A stretch of DNA of 64,000 nucleotides from Pseudovirgaria hyperparasitica (taxonomy: Eukaryota), in assembly GCA_010093815.1 (NCBI GenBank), contig ML996577.1; one strand, given 5' to 3'. Each line of letters starts with the position of its first letter. Within the stretch, counting starts at the first letter, position 1. A program made the position numbers and the translations under genes. The notes beneath the pieces are model-generated. The model saw nothing but the letters and a program-made list of their open reading frames with translations. It did not search any database and was not told where the DNA came from. Below are positions 10,521 through 24,936 of the stretch, one piece after another.

Positions 10521-13500
10521 GATAGACGGCATGCGCTGGTTCCATCTGGGTGGAAATGATGAGCTGGACGTCCTCAGCATGCCATCAACTGTGCTGATAC
10601 GGCGACACTTCAGGATCCATCCGATGGACACTTGACGCGTGTGCTGCAACTTGGATGAAGATCACAGGTTGCTTGTAGGACTCACGGACATGGAGACAAG
10701 CGTAGTCATGATTGCATCGCGAATGTCGATGAAGTACGACTTCTGACGACAATGAATAATAATGAATGAACATTAATTGAATCAGCTTTCGGAAACCCCT
10801 CACGATTAGTCATGAGTTCATATCATTGCCAAATCTATACAGCGCAGCTCGTATACTGGCTACACATAGCCGACACATTGACCCATCGTAGATTCACTTT
10901 TACGACCTAACACGTATCTCTCACAGTTGACCTATCAAGCTCCTGTGATGCATAGCCGATCTACCGCAACGCCAAAATAGGCATTTGACAAACCACCAAT
11001 CTACCTCAAAGAGTGCTCAGGTACCATTTGAATTTTACTGATGGCCCTATCAGCTGATAAACTCGAGCATATCATTCATCATTGTCTAAAATGACTCCCG
11101 GACAAGGACACTCGTGTGTTCAATATACTCCTGACGACAAACGCTGACACGCAACACCAGCATCTGATCTTGATGCCCTCGAAGCGCCTTCCTTCAAGTC
11201 AAGCGCCTTCCTTCGAGTCACTCTACGGTGTAGCGCGTCAGTCAGCGTGTACTAGTAGCCGTGGAGACTATCGTGAAACCATCCGCATGCCCGTCGTATC
11301 TGGACACCTCGAAACAACTTGCTGCAATTTCATGGTATAGTCTGTGATCAGTAGAAACAGTTGAAATAAGCTACTTTATGTAGTCAACGTGTGGTACTTG
11401 CAGATGTCTGGTTGATTTGTGTCACTCTGGCGTAATGACTAGAGAGCTTTATGTGGTCAGTTACTCATATGTAATTTCCACTCAGGCCGACCCTCTCACC
11501 ACTGCCAAGTCTGTACACTTTGAGAAGAGGGCTATTACAGGCGATAAGCTTACTACGTCATGATAAAGACTTCCTAGCCCCACGGTTCTTAGAGGCATTG
11601 GAGATTGGAGCGGTGAGACACTGGGTCAGAATGATGAATGGCTCTAGTAGCATTGACTTCTTATGGACAACATTCATGGATCCCAGGTTGTTAGTTGTAT
11701 ACTGATGGAGTAGCTCGCGAACACATCGACTTGAACTCATCAGTGTACGACATCGATGGGTAGATACGAGGTGTTACTGCAAATCTAATCGAGCGACTCT
11801 TGACTGTGAGGGGCCTTAAGACTCTCTCACGTGTCGTGGTAACCAAAAAGTTCTCATTGGACAACCAAATCCCGAAAACATACAGTGCAGTATTTTGGAT
11901 GTTACGGGCAAAAGCCTGTGAAGGTCAGCATACCGCTGCATCGCAATGACTGCATCTCCCTTGCCAATGAGATTGGTTCCTGAGAAGTAGTACATCATGC
12001 TTGCTTATGATCCTTTACCATCATTACCAACTTGTCGGATAGAACTATCTTATTGTTATTCATGCTCGCTCGATTCTGATAAGCATCTGCGTTTCTCATA
12101 ACCACTGACCCAGAGTTTAGGAAACCCCATCGCCTGCATTTAAAAGACTCAAGCATGCATGTCAGGCTTTCCAGAGCGAATAGATGATCATGATGAAGCT
12201 CTAGAAAATCCTCCTGCATGGAAAAGAACAGCAGCCGTGTCGCACATGTTCCTAATCGTTGTGCCGGACTCGGAGATGGCCAAAGAGAGCGCAGGTGCGG
12301 ACACTGCAACGGCAGTGATCATGAGCAAGTCGATAGTCTCATAGAAAGGTCTCTGATGTTGATTATATCCTCTGACTAGACTGTAGCAAGTGATGAGATG
12401 CTATAAACTTCTTCGGAAGTTTTTATTTGTATTTGACAACAAGCAAGGAACTCGACGGGTCTGACAAGTCTGCCTCTCAGTGAGACTTGTGAAGTACGAC
12501 TGTGCAAGGACATCTGAGGAAGGGTCAAGTGGATTGTATGCAGCATACCAGAGTGTTGGCAAACATATTGACTATTGAAGGCGTTGTGTCAAAGTCAGCT
12601 GGTGCACGCCAAAGAAGACCATGCCGCAATGCCGCGCTTCACGACCTCGATACCTCCTACAGACAGACTGACCATCTGGATTTAGGGTAGACACACGGTG
12701 TAGTCGTTGAACACATCTAACAATTAAGCGTGGTAGGTAGTTTACCACTCGCCATGATCTGCATCTGGTATTTTTTGCTGAGTGATTAATGTCATATGAG
12801 GTGGCAAAGTTTGCTTGCTTTCCCACAAGCCTCATGTACGACGAGTTACGCTTAGGTTTTTCTGACGATTATTTGCTATTGAATGTACTTATTATTTAGT
12901 AACGTGCTCGACAATCTTTTCCCGCACTGCTAGTAACGGATGTGGCCTGCGGAGAGAGATATATTTAGACCAATGCAGCGCTAAAAACACCGCAAGATCG
13001 GTCTGGAATATGACGTCCATGGGTCCTCCATTCTCTGGATTATTGACGCTCCTCGCTACGGACGCAGGACTATTGGAGGCTGAAGAGCAGGTGACATTTC
13101 CCGCTTTCGGCACAGCGGCAGCTAACAGTTGATGGATAGTTAGGGCTACCGCTAGGATGGCCGGAACGGTTCATCGGAACCTTGGCCTGGGGAAAGTTTG
13201 CGGAGAGAAGGACCCTTGCGGTTCGTTATGGGCAACCCAGAATCGTTGGGTACGGGGAGACGTGTGGCAGCAGATTGGAATAACTGGTGGTATGGTTCAC
13301 AACTACTTCATGGATGGTCGCGTATGACTATCAAGGCACTTTTCTTTGAAAGGGTGTCTAGACTTTCCTGGAGGCTTCAGCTGAATGGACCAAGGCTTGA
13401 CCATACTAGCATGTAACAGATGACTATATGTGGCTCGGCGTGCTCACCGACGCGATGTTTGGGACTATGCTCACGATGCTACATTGGTAAATATCGTCAC

Positions 13501-13689
13501 GTACGTCACATCGCTTATATGCTAATAGCCAGCTTTCTGGGCTTCCGGATTAGGCACGCCATGACAGCATTGAGAGTCTACCTCATGATCCGAGCGGGTG
13601 TGATGTTTTCAATAGATCCATTTAGTGTCATTGTCGGGTCAAGATAGCCTCATCCCAAGCTCTGTGGATCTTCAAGCTTCTATTTTTCT

Positions 13690-13698
13690 GTATATAAG
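13690..13698 (+). promoter_or_regulatory. Putative TATA box of the small secreted protein gene
   Basis: TATATAAG about 130 bp upstream of ATG 13825, followed by a CA-rich leader and CAAAATG start context. Confidence 0.5.
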
Positions 13699-13824
13699 AG
13701 TCTACATCCTGGCAGTAGAATCCTGCGATCATCAAGCACTCACTCCTCACACCAATTAGCCATCAAAGACATCACTCAGAATCCACCCAAACGATACCAA
13801 GGAACAATCTTAGCAACACTCAAA

Positions 13825-14312
13825 ATGCAGTTCACCATCACCGCCGTCGTAGCCCTCCTCGCCCCCTTCGCTCTCGGCGCCAACATCGTCGCTACAAACA
13901 ACTGCCGCGGCTCCATCTTCGTCAAGCCCGACGCAAACGGCTACAGCGGTCCCATCAGCGAGATCCGCCAGGGCCAGACATGGACCGGAAACCTTGAAAC
14001 CGGCCGTCAAGGTAGCCACCCTTCACATCCAGCGTCCCAATAAATTCTTGTAACTGACCATATACTCCAGGCAACGCCGTCAAGTTCTCGAACAACCGCA
14101 ACGACTTCACCAAGCCCATCTCCTTTGACTATACCGTGACTAACGGTGTCAACTACTACGATGTGTCCAACGCGGCAGGGACGCCGTTTTCCTTGTCGGC
14201 GCAGGACAGTCAGCAGGGTGGGCAGTGCCAAGCTGTTGCATGCCCGAGTGGGAGCTGCAAGCAGGTGAAGACGTGCTCTTCTCAGCGCTCGTTTGCGATT
14301 CGTGCTTGCTAG
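13825..14312 (+). CDS. Small secreted Cys-rich protein, Bys1/thaumatin-like (142 aa, 6 Cys); intron 14012-14070
   Basis: Signal peptide MQFTITAVVALLAPFALGA, then IVATNNCRGSIFV. Exon 2 reads GNAVKFS...FDYTVTNGVNYYDVSNAAGTPF...C-terminal AC*. The V.NNC and YYD.S..G.PF pattern is typical of Bys1-like proteins. Confidence 0.8.
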
Positions 14313-15748
14313 ATGGGATCTGGGGAAAGATATGTTAGCGTAATGTCTGGTGGTCTATGACGGGGACCATGTATAAGCCAGAGAAGAATGGATCTGCGAG
14401 TTTTCTTTCGTCTTTCAATTTATGTCCTGATTTCAATTAAGCCTGTCAGGAGGAAACAATGCATCGTGCCGAGTAGAAGCTATAAGTGAACTATGTGCGC
14501 TACCATACTCGCAGTTGATCGGGGACCGATGTCATAACTTGTGTTTTGTAGGCTCGCGATCTGGTTGGGCAAGTCTATACTACTGCCGAGGTTCCCTGGC
14601 TCTGTTCCAACATATTTTTCCGTAAAGATAGATGATTCTACTCAGAAAATTCCTTCAATCATGCAGACTGTCTGATATTTGAACCAAAGGTACATCTCCT
14701 GGATACAAGACAATGTGCAACGAATAGGCTTGCCGCTTTAGCAAAAGGTTTTCATGACTCCGTGGGTAGCGATTGGAAATATTCAATTGCGCTAAGCTCA
14801 ACATGTCATATAGAGACGACGGCAGTGGAGAGAGGAACTGAGGCGTAGAAAGCGAATATGAATACGACATTGGCGGGGCTGATTTAGAGTGCGCCAGCGT
14901 CAGACGCACTGGCATTTGGTTCGGTGATAGTATTTAAAGGTCTAAAATATGGTGGATGGTCGCGACATATCAATAGTATGTATGTGCGAAAGTTTAGCAG
15001 ATTTAGACTCCATTGTTGAAAATTTCATGAAATACAAGTCCATATGACGGAGCTGGGTGATCTTGGGAATCATTGACGATTTCCCCTGAAGAATGGTGGG
15101 CGACTGAGACTCGTGGGTCAGCTAAGAAAAAACCTTTGCTGAAGCGTATGTAAGTCTCCTAGACTGTGCACCTGGAATCTCACCCTGGCTTTATCTACTT
15201 ACGACCCCAGAGTCCTGGACCTACACGAGAGTTATGAATAGCAGAAAGTCGCATATTGGGCTGGCGCGAAGGCTAAGTTTGGCACGCGATAGCCTGGTGC
15301 GGACATGAGCTTATATGTCTATTATGGTTGTGGGAATAATGAGCGAAGCGACGCTGATTGGATATGAACAACTGGCAACGTTGGAGACTCCATATATACC
15401 CGACATTCTGGAGCGAGCCACAGCGATCGAACGGGCTGAATAACGCACAGGTGTAGTATACTCACACACAAGTTCACCTCTTCTGATTTGGTATGGAGTC
15501 GATGAGATGCCCGAATGCAAGAGGAGCGATGCTTACTCACCTGCACGCAGCCGTAAGGCGAGCACATTATAAGTGGTCTGATGATGTCTTCAGTAGATAC
15601 CGATGCGGCGGCACTCGATGATAGCATGATCAGTACTATTCATACGTACAAACTGTAGCCCAGATGTAAACGTCCACGCATCGCTCGAATCATGCTTACT
15701 TTCCCCCAGTACTGGATTGAGTCAAGATATCTTGTTCCTGATATCCAC

Positions 15749-16698
<950 letters not shown>

Positions 16699-17161
16699 GT
16701 TTATATGAGTGCTCTGATGTTTGATATAAGGTTGCTGTGGAAAGTGATTGGGCGGGGTGCGAAAGAGTACTGTTTTATATATATGCACCTTCGTCCCCGG
16801 GCTGCGAGAACTGGAGAGTGGGGCTAGCTAGGAGGCCGGTCACGGCCCAGAACGGCAAAGTGGCCGAGCTTTGACTTTTGCCGACGATTTACGGGGCAAT
16901 ACTAAGTAGCTTGAATGCACAACACAAGTCTATTGATTATGCTGGAAAGCGTGGTGAGTGATCTAGTTTCTGCTTCAACAGACTGCGTCGCACCGTTTTC
17001 CTGTTCATCCCAAGAACTACGCCAACGCCGTCGTGAAACACTGAGAAATGAAAGCCGGAAAATCAACTTCGGAACTTTTGCTTCACCCCGGGAAATGCAA
17101 TAGATGCCGGATATAGTCTAGTATCGCAATGATGAACTGACCTCTCTACACTTAGGACGGT

Positions 17162-18976
17162 CTATGAAACGGCCTGAGTCTTAGTCTTCTTGGCCGCAGG
17201 AACCTCTGCTTGTGCATCAACGGCACTGTCCAGCTCTCTCTTTTCTGGTACACTGTTCAATTCTCTTTCAGCTTGCTCAAATTTCTTCTGCTCTTCGGCG
17301 CTAAGACCAGCGAGCAATGGCTTCTCGGACTTGTTGTGGAGATTAAAGTGGAAGGTTCGAATGATGGAGTCCGTGTCGTCGACAGCAATCTTGCGAACGT
17401 CGGCCAAAGCCTTGATCTTTGCAGTGACTGCCTTGTATTGCTCGTCGGTCATCTGGATACCAAGTTGGTCCGCTCTAGACTTGATGGCGTTCCACCCGGT
17501 GAGACGGCTAGCGAAGTGAACATATCTTGACATACCGAAATCTGCTGGGTTGATGATTTCGTACGTTGAGGGATTGTTGAGGATAGCCTTAGCGTGAATA
17601 CCAGCCTTGTGTGTGAAAGCACAGAAGCCGGTGACGGGATTACTAAACCACACGATCAGTGAAGGTTGCAATGATGTGACAGTAATCCTACTTGAAGGGA
17701 ACATTGACCTCGACCAGGTCGGCCACAAGGTCTTCAATCTCCTTGAGTTTCTTCAGGTTATATTTTCCGACGACGTAGTCACGGTCCGCAGCAATCATGC
17801 GGGCCATGAGACCTCCAAGTGGAGTGATACCATTTCGCTCGCCAATACCCAGAACTGAAGTATCAATGTGAGTAGCACCAGCCTCCAAAGCACAATAAGC
17901 GTTGGCGATAGCGCATCCAGTGTCATCGTGGAAATGTGTCTCAATGTCACAACTGACGACACCACGGAGAGTCCGGACAAGGTCATAGACTTGACGAGGA
18001 GACGCACATCCAACGGTGTCAGCGATGCCTACGCGATTCACACCGACCTTGTCGACAGCGCTGTAAAGACTCAAGAGATCGACCAAGTCACTACGGAAAG
18101 AATCCTCAGATGAGAAACGGACTTCCAATCCTCGGCTCTTCACGTATGCGATGACCTCCAGTGCAGTGTTCTTAATATATGTCATGTCTTTGCCATGACT
18201 GTGCTCTCTCAGGAAACTCGAAGTTCCAATGACGATATCGAGGCCGTCGACGCCAGTATCGCAAGCGATGCGCGCATCGTCCTGACTCGAGTTTAGAGGT
18301 CTGTCGGAGTAGAAAAAGGGTATGACTGACCATATGACACCGTACATGTGTAAGAATTTTGGCCTGTCGATAGGATTAGCATGAATATTTCTACGACGGT
18401 ACGAGCGAACGGCTCACCTTCAAGCCAAGCTTGGCGATAGCCTCGCAGTCTTTGCGCGATTGCTCGCTAGCAGCAGGCGATGTCAATTCAATATCTAGAC
18501 TATTGTCAGATGTATTGCATGTGAATCCGACAAGGTGACTGACAATCAACACCAAACTCATCCAGGGCTTTAGCAATCTACCATAATGTTCGTCAGCCAT
18601 ACACCCCTCATAGACACGCCTACGCCCATCGTTGGACCTTTGGAGCGGGTCAGAAATGCTAACCTTGATCTTGGCCTCGGTGTCAAAGTATGAGCTAACG
18701 AAGAATCGTTAGCGACCGAACTCGGACTGTTGTGTTGTGTGAGGAATAATCTCACTTTGCGAATTGCTCGCCCTCACGCAGAGTTGATTCAATAATCTTG
18801 AAGCGACTAATGTTGGACAGAAAGTCTCCTACGGGTCGGTAAGGCGAAGCGTGAGGGTGCGGGTTCTCGCGCGTCTTGATGGGAGTGAAACCATCGTGAG
18901 AGCCATTGGTGCCATTGATACCGTTGGCGTGGCCATTCGTGCCGTTCGTGGGTGTATCTTCAACTGGAGGACACAT
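17162..18976 (-). CDS. LYS21: Homocitrate synthase (alpha-aminoadipate lysine pathway), 7 exons / 6 introns including ~30-nt mini-exons
   Basis: Spliced product [45 protein letters not shown]...[21 protein letters not shown]...FSSEDSFRS...HFHDDTGCA...GIGERNGI...[24 protein letters not shown]20/LYS21 orthologue. Confidence 0.96.
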
Positions 18977-19031
18977 TGTGAGTTTGGTGGTTGAAGAGAG
19001 GTGTGATTAGGCAAACAGGGCTTTAGATGGT

Positions 19032-19070
19032 GAGAAAGAGAGAGAGGGAGAGCGAGAGAGCGAGAGAGGG
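19032..19070. repeat. Imperfect (GA)n/(CT)n microsatellite upstream of homocitrate synthase
   Basis: gagaaagagagagagggagagcgagagagcgagagaggg; a pyrimidine tract on the coding strand. Confidence 0.8.
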
Positions 19071-19075
19071 AAGCT

Positions 19076-19082
19076 TGAGTCA
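19076..19082. promoter_or_regulatory. Gcn4/CpcA consensus site TGAGTCA
   Basis: Exact TGASTCA about 100 bp upstream of an amino-acid biosynthesis gene start. Confidence 0.5.
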
Positions 19083-19728
19083 AATGTCAAATGATGGAAG
19101 TGAGAGTCACAGAGGATGGATTTGCCAGAAGCGATGCCGGCTTGTATGAGAGGCGGTTGGTGATTGGTCAGAAAGCGGAAGATCCACACACCGCCTAGGG
19201 CCCCGCAGATTCGAGCTACTCCGTGGATGAAAAATTTATCCACATGCACGGATCCAACCATTTTCTGTCTCCATCTCTGCCTCGTGATATTACGCAATTT
19301 TCGCATAAGATAAACTGGGCCAATTGAGGCGCCTTTCTTCTCCATTGTTTCCCTTTGGAAGGACTGGGCTCAAATCATTCCTACTGACTTCACGTCATAC
19401 CCTCTCAGTAGACAGACACCAATGCACCCCGCAAAACTAATCCTTTTCGGCCCGGTCCAATCAGAGCCTCGTATTAGCCGTTAACTTACTGAACACCGGA
19501 AAGGAAATCTTGAAACACTCGCATTCCCTAATATCCCACAGGCATGGAACAGGCGCTCGGCCCAGTCTCGGAAATTCAACTCAAGCTTCAACTTGCAACA
19601 TGTGAATTCAAGCGATGCATTATATAGAGGAGAAGTAGCCCATCTTACTGTATGTAGAACGCCTTCGGATGCATCTTTGGCATAGCCTGTCGCTCCTCCC
19701 ATCAACTCACTTCGCTCGCTTGCTCCCC

Positions 19729-20116
19729 TCACGTATCGAACTATCCCATCATTTAGCCATAACCATTCCCCCATTTCCTCTATCTGCATACTACTCACCT
19801 GCCACTTTTGCAGCCCTCGATCCCTCGCTGCCTTCGTGCTCACCGTCGACCGCGCCATCTTTGGTTCATTGTGCTTACTGTACTCTTGTGCAAGTCCTGC
19901 ACACACCTTCTTGTGTACCTTGAAATGCGCCTTCTGGCAGTCTTTGTTGCAGTAAGACACGCTGTGGCATTTGATGCATTCTTTGAGTGAATCGGGCGTC
20001 TTAATGCATGTTGCGCATGTGGGTTGTGCCGATAGTAGTGGTGATGAAGCTGTTGACGATGGTTGATTAACGCTGGTGCTGGATGATGGCTCGGTGGTTT
20101 GTGATGTATCGGCCAT
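19729..20116 (-). CDS. Small MYND-type zinc finger protein; exons 20116-19799 and 19740-19729
   Basis: CATC...CIKCHSVSYCNKDCQKAHFKVHKKVC. A GTGAGT donor after KWQ and a TAG acceptor give a 12-nt last exon FDT*. Confidence 0.82.
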
Positions 20117-20479
20117 GTTGTCACAATACCTCAATCGTACGTGTTTGGAAGATGTCTGGATATGTTCTGTGAACTTCAACTCGTTGATGATAATGACTTA
20201 AGCGAAACGCTAATTAAACCTCCAGGTTGGCCTTGCCGGGCCTGCCCGCCTGTGCAGGGAGGGCCTTACCTAAAGGATAATCGTCGGGTGACTTACGTGG
20301 ACGCCGACGGGCCCGGCTTGAGAGGGATGCTCATCGTGCGTTCTAAGGTTCTCTACAAACACCACTTCCCTATCACAAACATGAACACAATCTGCTGTTA
20401 AGGCCATGCATTACCTGCAGGCCTCCGCTCAGGCCTCTGACCACGATATTCCCGACAACAACACTTAATCGTGAAGAAA

Positions 20480-23383
20480 ATGGATCACATCCAGTCGCTC
20501 TCCAACTCCACGCTCACCCGGTCGTCCTTGGACCTTTTGCTCGCGGTTCCCCGACTTGCGCAACGCGCTGGTGAGTTTGCCTTGATATATCTCCCGGAAC
20601 AGCTCGATGCTATCATCGGCAAAGCGCGGAGTGGCGGAAGTATGATTGCGGATCCGACAGCACCCGATACTAATCACTCCGCTATCATGACAAGCCTGGG
20701 GCAGTTCGTGCAAAATAGCATAGCCTCTGCAACCGCCAGTCCAACGACATCTGGCACCACGTTAGATACTGCGAGCCCTTTCAGTATGACCAGTATTCGT
20801 AGCTTCGGCGGGATCTTCTCCTACTTGATGTCGAAGTGGGCGTTGGCAACAGTCATTACAGTGTGGTCATAATTCAATAATCGTCAAGACTCTACTAACG
20901 CGTCGCAGGCCATTGTTTTGAATCGAACACAGTTCTACGCTTCCTCTCGTGTCCCGTTGAATCTTCGGTGGTATCTACGCCTCTCATTATATCTCATACC
21001 GATCGCAACCTTTCTATTTCAAATTGTTCGGATTCTACAAGCATTACGCTGTCAAACATCGCCCCACTGGCCCTCCATGCAATACGGGAAAGAAGGTCAG
21101 ACTCTTGAGATCGATTATGCGGCCGAGGGAGGATTTCTGCATTGGCTCAGCTCAGCTCTGTTGTTCTGGGAAGATGAAATGGCGTCGTGTGATGCAGTGA
21201 ACATGCTACCCAAGGGCGGAGAGACGCTTCGGGCTGCGGGCTCCATGAAGTTATTGTGGCCGTTGTTCTGTTCCCTTGGTTTGAGCCAGTTCATCGAGAC
21301 GCTTGCTTGCTCCCTTCAAGGCCGTACTCCCATGCCAGAGACTGGCATGACCATTTTTGAGCATTCTCTCGCCTTCGCGGAAGCTGAGGCTACAATCACC
21401 CGACCGTTCATCAAATATGCGGCCAGGGCCGCCAAGGCCGCATCTTCAGCGTCAAGTCCCCTGGACACCACGATCAAGACAGTCACACGATCCGCGTTAT
21501 TACAGGCTACCAATGTTCCATCCGAAGTCCTGGTAATTTCACTGATATCAAGCCTGAGTCATCTCAGTAGTAATGTCTTAGCTGTGGCTGGGCTCCGGAC
21601 CAAGTTACGCCTTGTGAATACTGGTATCTGGGGACTGTCTTACCTGGGTGTCTTCATGTGGAGCTTTTCCCGGGCTGTGTCTGGAGTTCACCAGTCAACA
21701 CTTGATACCGGGATCTTACGTTTTCCGACCGTTTGCATTGTTGGGTTCATTCCGCATCTATTAATATTTATAGGAATGTTTGGATGTGCTGTAATCTATG
21801 GTATGGCGATGTTGCTTACAGCAATTGCTCTTCCTCCGGTCGAGGATGGGCCTGAAGGCTTCATCGCTCGCGTATCTGCACGTATCTCAGCAGCGTACAG
21901 CAATCTCCAAGTTAACGTTTATCTACGCGCTACACCGGCTATCCGTATCAATTGGAACGAGGACTTTTATACTGCCTTGCTGAAGATAGGATTCACCGTA
22001 CTTACGGCTGCGAGTGAAGCAGTCTATTTGAATGAAGGCACTAAGGTCGCTGTCCATTCCTCAACGTGGCTAGAAGAGAAGAGAATAAAAGAGTTCGTGA
22101 GGGAACGCAAAGGCTTGCAGCGCAGCATTGAGTGCATACCCGTGGAACTTGTTGAAGACTCGATTGCTGATGGTGTCGTATCTTTAAATGATGCAACTGG
22201 CTCAGTGGGGATAGGGCATGTTTCCGGTTACAGCCGTGAGAGAAAAGCACGGGGGCGACAAGGCACGGCCAACAACACAGTGATCGGGCGAGAGCATGGT
22301 GTAGGTTTTGTCCAACGTCGCTCGAGATGGGTCTTAGCTTTTCAGTTTCTCACTGGGCTAGTCTGGCTGATCATAGGTCTTGCCGCGCGTGCCACACTCT
22401 CGACTCTACAAACGCTGAGGTTACCGTATAGGCCACGCTGGCTGTCGCGAGTGATAGGACCAGAAAGTATCAGTCTGAGTACGCTCGCTCCGAAGAGCCA
22501 GCAACGACCTACTGGTACACACCCCGACACGCTTCAGTTCTGGGTTGTGCAACCGGATGGTAGCCTTGGTATTCCTGATGATGACGAAGTCGACGTTGAA
22601 CTCGAGTCAAGACGGAGATATCATCAGCAACAAAATGGGGCAGACGTCGAACAGCGACTAGACTCATATTTGTACGACTGGTGGAAGACTGGTGGATGGT
22701 GGGGCAATATTGATTCGAGCGGCGACTTTGAAGCCGCCGTTTATGATGACGATGACCTCACTAGCATTATTTCGACCACTGATGCTAGTGAAATCGACTG
22801 GGTCGAATCTGAACCTGAAGACGGCCGACGCACACCAACTCAAAGTAATCCCTGTCCTCAATCCAGAGATAGTACCCCTATCTTCGACGATCTGCTCGAC
22901 TCAACGCATCTCGCCACTCTCCTCGACCCTACTACCCCTTTGCAGCAAGAGGAAGCCCGTCTCCTTGCTTCGCACCTCCGCAGCAGCAAACCCCTAACGC
23001 GATTGCAACATCGCAAAGCTGTAGCGCAGGAGCGCTCGCGCATTCTCACTTCGTCTGTGGGTTATTCGACGGCGGATCGCACACCGGAAGAGGAGGAACG
23101 CGCGCTTGAGACATTCCTGCTGGAGCGGCGTTCCCACTCAGACGCCTCGAAGGCGAGACTCAACGGCGAGAGCGGATCATGGGCAGCCGGTGCTGAGGGC
23201 ATGGGATCTGGGGGGCCGCAATGCGTCGTGTGCCAGGCGAGTCCGAGAACTGTACTCATGTGGCCTTGCAGTTGTCTGAGCCTGTGTGATGATTGTAGAG
23301 TAGGACTTGCGACAAGGAATTTCACACAATGTGTGTGTTGTCGAACGACAGTTTCTGCGTATTCAAAATTGTATGTACCATGA
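20480..23383 (+). CDS. Membrane-anchored RING E3 ubiquitin ligase, Asi3-like; intron 20861-20908
   Basis: Multiple transmembrane segments, ETGMTIFEHSLAFAEAE, RFPTVCIVGFIPH, and a C-terminal RING CVVCQ...WPCSCLSLCDDCR...CVCCR. Confidence 0.85.
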
Positions 23384-23754
23384 CGGTTTTGTAATGCATG
23401 CTAGGCGCTTGTAGCGAATGTATATTGCTGCCTTCTTCCAATCTTATGCTTGCACGACGTGCACTCCCTTCTGGTACAGATGGGTCGTATTCCAATCCCA
23501 GGCGTGCAACTTATCTAGTCTCTAATTACGCATTGCGTCATGTGAATAGGAAAAGTGAACCGTGCGCAGCCCTAGTCAGCCATTACTCACAGACGGGCCA
23601 AATCTCTAATTACTCCATTTTGCGCGTTTCGCCTGTGTCGACTACCGCACCTAATAACAACCCAATAATTCCATCCCTTTTTGTCACTTCTTTGTCACAT
23701 TTCCGTTTTCCTTTCCCCTGACCTTTAATAAAGCGGACCAACCAAGCCAGCTCA

Positions 23755-24936
23755 ATGGGTAGACCGCGAAAATATGACTATCTGGATAACTACCAGACCG
23801 AAATTATCGCCTTGTATACTGATAACACCACTGTCTCCCAGCTCATGGTCTACTTACAAGAGAAGCACGGCATCACTGTCCCAGACCGTTCAATCAAACG
23901 TCGTCTGAGAGACTGGGGTATCTACAAGCACAGAAGAAAAGTGCAAACAGACGAGATCAAGGATCGAATCCAAGGGTTTTGGGATGAGGGACTTCTTGAC
24001 GATGACATGACCAAAATCCTCAAGGACGAGGGATATCCAATGTCAAAAGGATCTGTCAGGAGACTCCGTACAGAGATGGGGTTGAAAAGACGTGACGCGA
24101 ACGGTGGCCGTGGCCCTTATATTGCCCAACCGACACGTGATGCCAGTTCTTCGATACCTATGAATCAGCCGGCAAAACCAGTCTCAGAAGAGCTAGAAAA
24201 CACATCACGACAAGTCATCACTGATGATCTCGCCGATCGACTCGACCGTCCTCTCCAGACCCCCATTCCACCCTCAGTACAAGATCCCGCACGCAGTCCA
24301 CAAAACTCCACCGAATCCACTCCAACCGGCAAACGCAAACGCGGCTGTCCCCGCAAAGACCCCAACGATCACTCACCCAAGAAAGCGAGATATACGCCCC
24401 GTCAGAAAGGCAAGGCGCCCACCTCATCCACTTACCACGATCCAAACGCTCCCGACCCGCCTTTCACTCGGGAGGAATTCGACCGTATCAGGGAAGAGAA
24501 CATCGAAGTGCGCCAACTCATGGACGCCCTGCGCGACGAAGCAGACGATAGCAAAGCCAAAATGCTCACCAAAGCGCGCGACGATGCCGCTAAATACCGC
24601 CAGATCCAGCAACTTGAAGCTGAAATCACCGCGTTGCGCGTCGAACGCGACCGTCTCTTGCATAGTGCGGGCGATGAGCGCGCTTTGGCAATCCAGACCT
24701 CCAAGAACGCGGAGATAGACCGCCTTAAGGGGGTAATGGCGGATACCAGGCGCGCGTTTGAGGGCGCATGTGTGCGTGTTTTCAGGTACCAATCCAATTG
24801 CCGGGGGTTTATAGAAGATTTGAGGAGGAGAGATCCGAATCAGAACGGCGAGGCGACGGAAAGTGAGGTTTTATGTGATGATTTGGAGACTGTCTTTACA
24901 GAGCCGGAGCTCAGGTCGATTAGGGCGCAGATCTGA
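23755..24936 (+). CDS. Clr5-domain protein (two tandem HTH-like repeats), AT-hook-like motif and C-terminal coiled coil
   Basis: DNYQTEIIALY...LQEKHGITVPDRSIKRRLRDWGI and a second repeat IKDRIQGFW...SKGSVRRLRTEMGLKRR. KRKRGCPRK. Heptad-rich C-terminus. Confidence 0.75.
   Translation: MGRPRKYDYLDNYQTEIIALYTDNTTVSQLMVYLQEKHGITVPDRSIKRRLRDWGIYKHRRKVQTDEIKDRIQGFWDEGLLDDDMTKILKDEGYPMSKGSVRRLRTEMGLKRRDANGGRGPYIAQPTRDASSSIPMNQPAKPVSEELENTSRQVITDDLADRLDRPLQTPIPPSVQDPARSPQNSTESTPTGKRKRGCPRKDPNDHSPKKARYTPRQKGKAPTSSTYHDPNAPDPPFTREEFDRIREENIEVRQLMDALRDEADDSKAKMLTKARDDAAKYRQIQQLEAEITALRVERDRLLHSAGDERALAIQTSKNAEIDRLKGVMADTRRAFEGACVRVFRYQSNCRGFIEDLRRRDPNQNGEATESEVLCDDLETVFTEPELRSIRAQI

Noticed and set aside
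11460..12345. Fragments resembling secreted-protein starts (EKRA Kex2-like site on +; LLMITAVAVSAPALSLA on -)
   Set aside because: Too short and broken to distinguish from chance without a homology search.
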